Below, one piece after another: positions 17,643 through 20,244 of a DNA stretch of 20,244 nucleotides. The stretch is from positions 1 through 20,244 of the forward strand of contig JAZDJQ010000017.1 of assembly GCA_043803765.1 (NCBI GenBank), written 5' to 3'. The stretch's first letter is position 1. Every line of letters begins with the position of its first letter. The notes under the pieces were generated by a model, which worked only from the letters and a program-made list of their open reading frames with translations, made no database searches and had not been told where the DNA came from. Made by a program: the position numbers and the translations under genes. This stretch comes from Candidatus Iainarchaeum sp. GTDB lineage: Archaea; Iainarchaeota; Iainarchaeia; Iainarchaeales; VGJJ01.

Positions 17643-18167
17643 TTAAAGATGTTTTTGTTGTTCGGCAATTTCATTAGATATATTCTTGTATATTTTTCCT
17701 GTTTCGATTGTGCGGCATAATTCTATAAGATATTCATGAGTGAATTTTCTGGCTGTTTTTGTTTTAGATGACAATACAATTCTTGGATAGGACATCATTT
17801 TATGTCGCGCTTCATACTCTAGTTTGCCTGATTTATTCAGAAACAACTTGGATACATTGGCTGTAGGCCCATTATAACTCGACTCTAAATTAAGATGGCC
17901 CCACCCGTAAAAAAAAACTTCTACTTCATTATCACCACCAAATATCGTTTTGAATTGTTTTGATTTTTTGAATTTGTTTCGCCAAGACAAAATTTTCTTA
18001 TACAATTCAATTTTTTTGGGCAATAACTTGGATTCATTTGCCCTAAATTCATTTTCTTTTTTCTGTAAGATTAAATCTTCCTTCGTCTCTCTTTCCCGTA
18101 TTATTTTCTTTTTGGTACGATACTTTTGGATTTGCTTATCCAACAATTTGATGGATCCTTTAGACAT
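17643..18167 (-). CDS. Hypothetical Lys-rich cargo protein
   Basis: AT-rich 174-aa ORF with an N-terminal coiled-coil-like segment and no recognised family. Confidence 0.65.
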   Translation of the reverse strand: MSKGSIKLLDKQIQKYRTKKKIIRERETKEDLILQKKENEFRANESKLLPKKIELYKKILSWRNKFKKSKQFKTIFGGDNEVEVFFYGWGHLNLESSYNGPTANVSKLFLNKSGKLEYEARHKMMSYPRIVLSSKTKTARKFTHEYLIELCRTIETGKIYKNISNEIAEQQKHL

Positions 18168-18212
18168 AAAAAATTAATAAAAGCGCTCTATATTAATCTA
18201 TTGTTTTTAATC

Positions 18213-18336
18213 GGCTCTGTTGAAAGTCTCATTTTCAAGGAGATTGGTTCACCTGATTAACGGGCGTTTTACCTTTGAACAGGCTTGTTAAATGTTATTC
18301 ATCTGCATTCGGTTCAGGGACATTTTCAACAGAGCC
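18213..18336. mobile_element. 124-bp MITE with terminal inverted repeats and a target-site duplication
   Basis: The TIRs GGCTCTGTTGAAA (18213-18225) and TTTCAACAGAGCC (18324-18336) are flanked by the direct repeat GTTTTTAATC (18203-18212 and 18337-18346). It is too short to encode a transposase. Confidence 0.9.
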
Positions 18337-18385
18337 GTTTTTAATCCATTAAAATAAAGACCAAAGGCTCGGGCGTACTATTATC

Positions 18386-18895
18386 TTATTCGAATTGTAT
18401 TTTTCCGTTTTCGGCTATTCTTGCGATTTGCCATTCGTATTTTTTTTCTTTTACTACTTGGTGTAGTTGTTCTCGCAGGGTGTTGATTTGTGGGTTTTTC
18501 AGGTTTTTTGATAGAAGTATTATTTCGTCTACTGTTTCGTTTTTGGTCATTCCGTCGAAGACCACGAAGTCGATTGGATTCAATATTGATTTCACATCGT
18601 ATGGGTTTATTTTTAGTTCTTTAAAGATTGGCGAGATGGCTTTTCCTACTATTTGTTCTGCCCCCAATCTCCCTTTTTCTATTTGGATTTTTTGAATGTT
18701 TTCTTCTTTTTCCTCGAATGATTCAACATTTTTTTCTAACACGTTCACTTGTTTTTCGTAGTCGTCCAGCCACGTTTTTGGTGTTGGGGTCTTGGTGAAT
18801 ATTCGGAGGTCTGATACTCTTACTATTTCGTTACAGCATGGGCAGAGGCATAGTATTTTTCTGAATTCTTGGTATTCTTCTCCTAATCCTTTCAT
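18386..18895 (-). CDS. Holliday junction resolvase-like (Endonuc_Holl) protein, catalytically degenerate, with an N-terminal Cys cluster
   Basis: NPIDFVVFDG is present, but the ExK motif is replaced (EIILLSKN). It has CLCPCC at the N-terminus and a coiled coil, and an ATGA overlap with the upstream paralog. Confidence 0.75.
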   Translation of the reverse strand: MKGLGEEYQEFRKILCLCPCCNEIVRVSDLRIFTKTPTPKTWLDDYEKQVNVLEKNVESFEEKEENIQKIQIEKGRLGAEQIVGKAISPIFKELKINPYDVKSILNPIDFVVFDGMTKNETVDEIILLSKNLKNPQINTLREQLHQVVKEKKYEWQIARIAENGKIQFE

Positions 18896-19383
18896 TTTAC
18901 CACCTTGAAGGATACTTTTTTGTCGTTTACTGCGTCTTTGACGGCCTTTTGATGCTCGTTCAGCCGAGCGGTTCCTGTTTTTATTTCAATGAAACTCATT
19001 GATGCTATTTTGTTATTGCTGCAACCATTGAACGTTATCATGTCAATTGGTTCCCCTAAAAACCGGCAATCGGGTAGCGCCCATTTGAAATCCTTTAAAA
19101 TCGGGAAGACCACTTCCATTTTTTTACCAATGTTAACTGTTCTGGCCGTAATTTCGGATTTTTTAGTGTCTAACAACGATTTTTTCCTTTTCTCAAAATC
19201 CTTCTTTTGTTGCTCAAAATCGTTCAATAAACGTGTGCGCACTTCCAACGCTTCGGAAGGAAAAGACTTCGTACCATCAAACAAGAATGCATCGCCCAAC
19301 TTAAAACTCTCATTACACGAAGGGCACTCCGCATAAAGCTTCGAACCCTTTAATTCAAGAATCGTTTCTTTGGTACCAGCCAT
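18892..19383 (-). CDS. Holliday junction resolvase-like PD-(D/E)xK endonuclease (Endonuc_Holl) with an N-terminal CxxC
   Basis: DCRFLGEPIDMITFNG...FIEIKTGTARLNEHQKAVKDAV is the family signature with the E, D and ExK residues intact. CPSC lies near the N-terminus. Confidence 0.85.
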   Translation of the reverse strand: MAGTKETILELKGSKLYAECPSCNESFKLGDAFLFDGTKSFPSEALEVRTRLLNDFEQQKKDFEKRKKSLLDTKKSEITARTVNIGKKMEVVFPILKDFKWALPDCRFLGEPIDMITFNGCSNNKIASMSFIEIKTGTARLNEHQKAVKDAVNDKKVSFKVVK

Positions 19384-19394
19384 TTTTTCACACC

Positions 19395-20069
19395 CTATTG
19401 TTCCGTGTAGCTCCTAAATTTTGCTTCCACTTGATCACCTGAAGATCGGGCAATTCCAACTAATTCAATTTTATTGTACGCGGTTAAATCAAGGTTCCCG
19501 GTGTACACCAATATCGTGTTGTAGTATACTTCATAGCCATTGGGGATTTTTTTGATTTTATAGGTGTCAAAGTTTGCTGACGGGGGGTCAGGAGAAACGT
19601 ATTTGAAGTGGTTGACCCCGTTTATTTTTTCCACAATGAACACGTTCGTGTTATATTGCGGGTCAGTAATATCGCGATGCTTTTCCACAACAAGTACATT
19701 TTGACTATCCTTCGTGAACCAGATGCTTGCGCCGGACGCACTGGCGGGTAAATCAGCCGACGCGATATCAACTTGCGCGGAATTACCATTTAACCGCTTG
19801 ACAATTCTCCCTTCACTATTCCAATAACTACTGGTCGCGGCTCCTGCAATCGTTACAATTTGATTGGTATAGGAAACTGCTACCCCATTCATTTGGGTTT
19901 GGTTCCAACAGAATCCACTCCAAAAAAAGTTTTGCGACTGGCAAATATGATAGGGCGCCGTAGTCAAAACAAACTGCGCAGAAACACTTTGAAAAGAAAG
20001 AAGCAGGATTGAAATAAACAGTAACAATGGCAGGAAATTTTGGTGTTTTCGATAAGCTTTCTCAATCAT
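19395..20069 (-). CDS. Secreted beta-rich hypothetical protein
   Basis: Signal peptide ending QSVSA/Q and a beta-strand pattern (KIKKIPNGYEVYYN) loosely like a lectin-type sandwich. Confidence 0.7.
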   Translation of the reverse strand: MIEKAYRKHQNFLPLLLFISILLLSFQSVSAQFVLTTAPYHICQSQNFFWSGFCWNQTQMNGVAVSYTNQIVTIAGAATSSYWNSEGRIVKRLNGNSAQVDIASADLPASASGASIWFTKDSQNVLVVEKHRDITDPQYNTNVFIVEKINGVNHFKYVSPDPPSANFDTYKIKKIPNGYEVYYNTILVYTGNLDLTAYNKIELVGIARSSGDQVEAKFRSYTEQ

Positions 20070-20132
20070 ACTAGATCTACCTTACCACAAAGAATAAAAA
20101 CAGCGACTCTGGGACAAAATTATTGGGTCTTT

Positions 20133-20243
20133 TTAGTTCAAAATTACCACGTATGCTCGTTTATTGACGTATTTTAGTGGGACGTCGGCTTTGGCTGAGT
20201 TTCCGAACGGTGTGACGGTTCGTTCGAGAATAATCGTCACTTT
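20133..20243 (-). CDS. DUF2080-family (transposon-associated, AbrB-like) small protein, 5'-truncated by the window edge
   Basis: Hand translation gives ...KVTIILERTVTPFGNSAKADVPLKYVNKRAYVVILN*. The VTPFGNSAKxDVP...KRxYV pattern matches the family. Not in the ORF track. Confidence 0.8.
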   Translation of the reverse strand, partial: KVTIILERTVTPFGNSAKADVPLKYVNKRAYVVILN

Positions 20244-20244
20244 T

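Larger units (their letters stand above)
13519..20244. mobile_element. Putative integrative element or genomic island (right end outside the window)
   Basis: The integrase lies next to a broken host gene. Cargo includes ArdC-like, DUF2080, nuclease and AT-rich orphan genes in mixed orientation. Confidence 0.8.

Noticed and set aside
17909-17917. A9 homopolymer in ORF 17643-18167 as a phase-variation tract
   Set aside because: The ORF is in frame and A/T runs are common in this AT-rich region, so there is no evidence of slippage.
13519-20244. Call as a provirus
   Set aside because: No capsid, terminase, portal or packaging ATPase is visible in the window. It cannot be excluded for the unseen part.

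Overview
Archaeal DNA, most consistent with a DPANN lineage (Iainarchaeota/Micrarchaeota-like). This is inferred from class III-signal pilin-like genes, a PAC2 chaperone with an HbYX tail and a DUF2080 gene. Bases 1-13.5 kb look like host chromosome: the end of a four-gene pilin-like operon, membrane proteins, a 1530-aa secreted membrane-anchored protein, two very basic orphans, a PAC2 proteasome chaperone and a TadC/T2SS-F pilus platform gene. Directly upstream of the platform gene lies only the 3' part of a CpaF/VirB11-type pilus ATPase, broken at about 13519 by a putative integrative element that runs off the right edge. The element starts with a candidate recombinase core site and a tyrosine integrase. 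It also carries two unannotated small ORFs, a perfect 59-bp direct repeat, a long imperfect hairpin before an ArdC-like gene, a 124-bp MITE with a target-site duplication, an active/degenerate pair of Holliday-junction-resolvase-like nucleases, secreted or lipoprotein orphans and a DUF2080 gene. The best candidate for a new system is an integrative element that interrupts the type IV pilus ATPase and may switch it on and off. All family calls come from reading motifs by eye; no searches were run.
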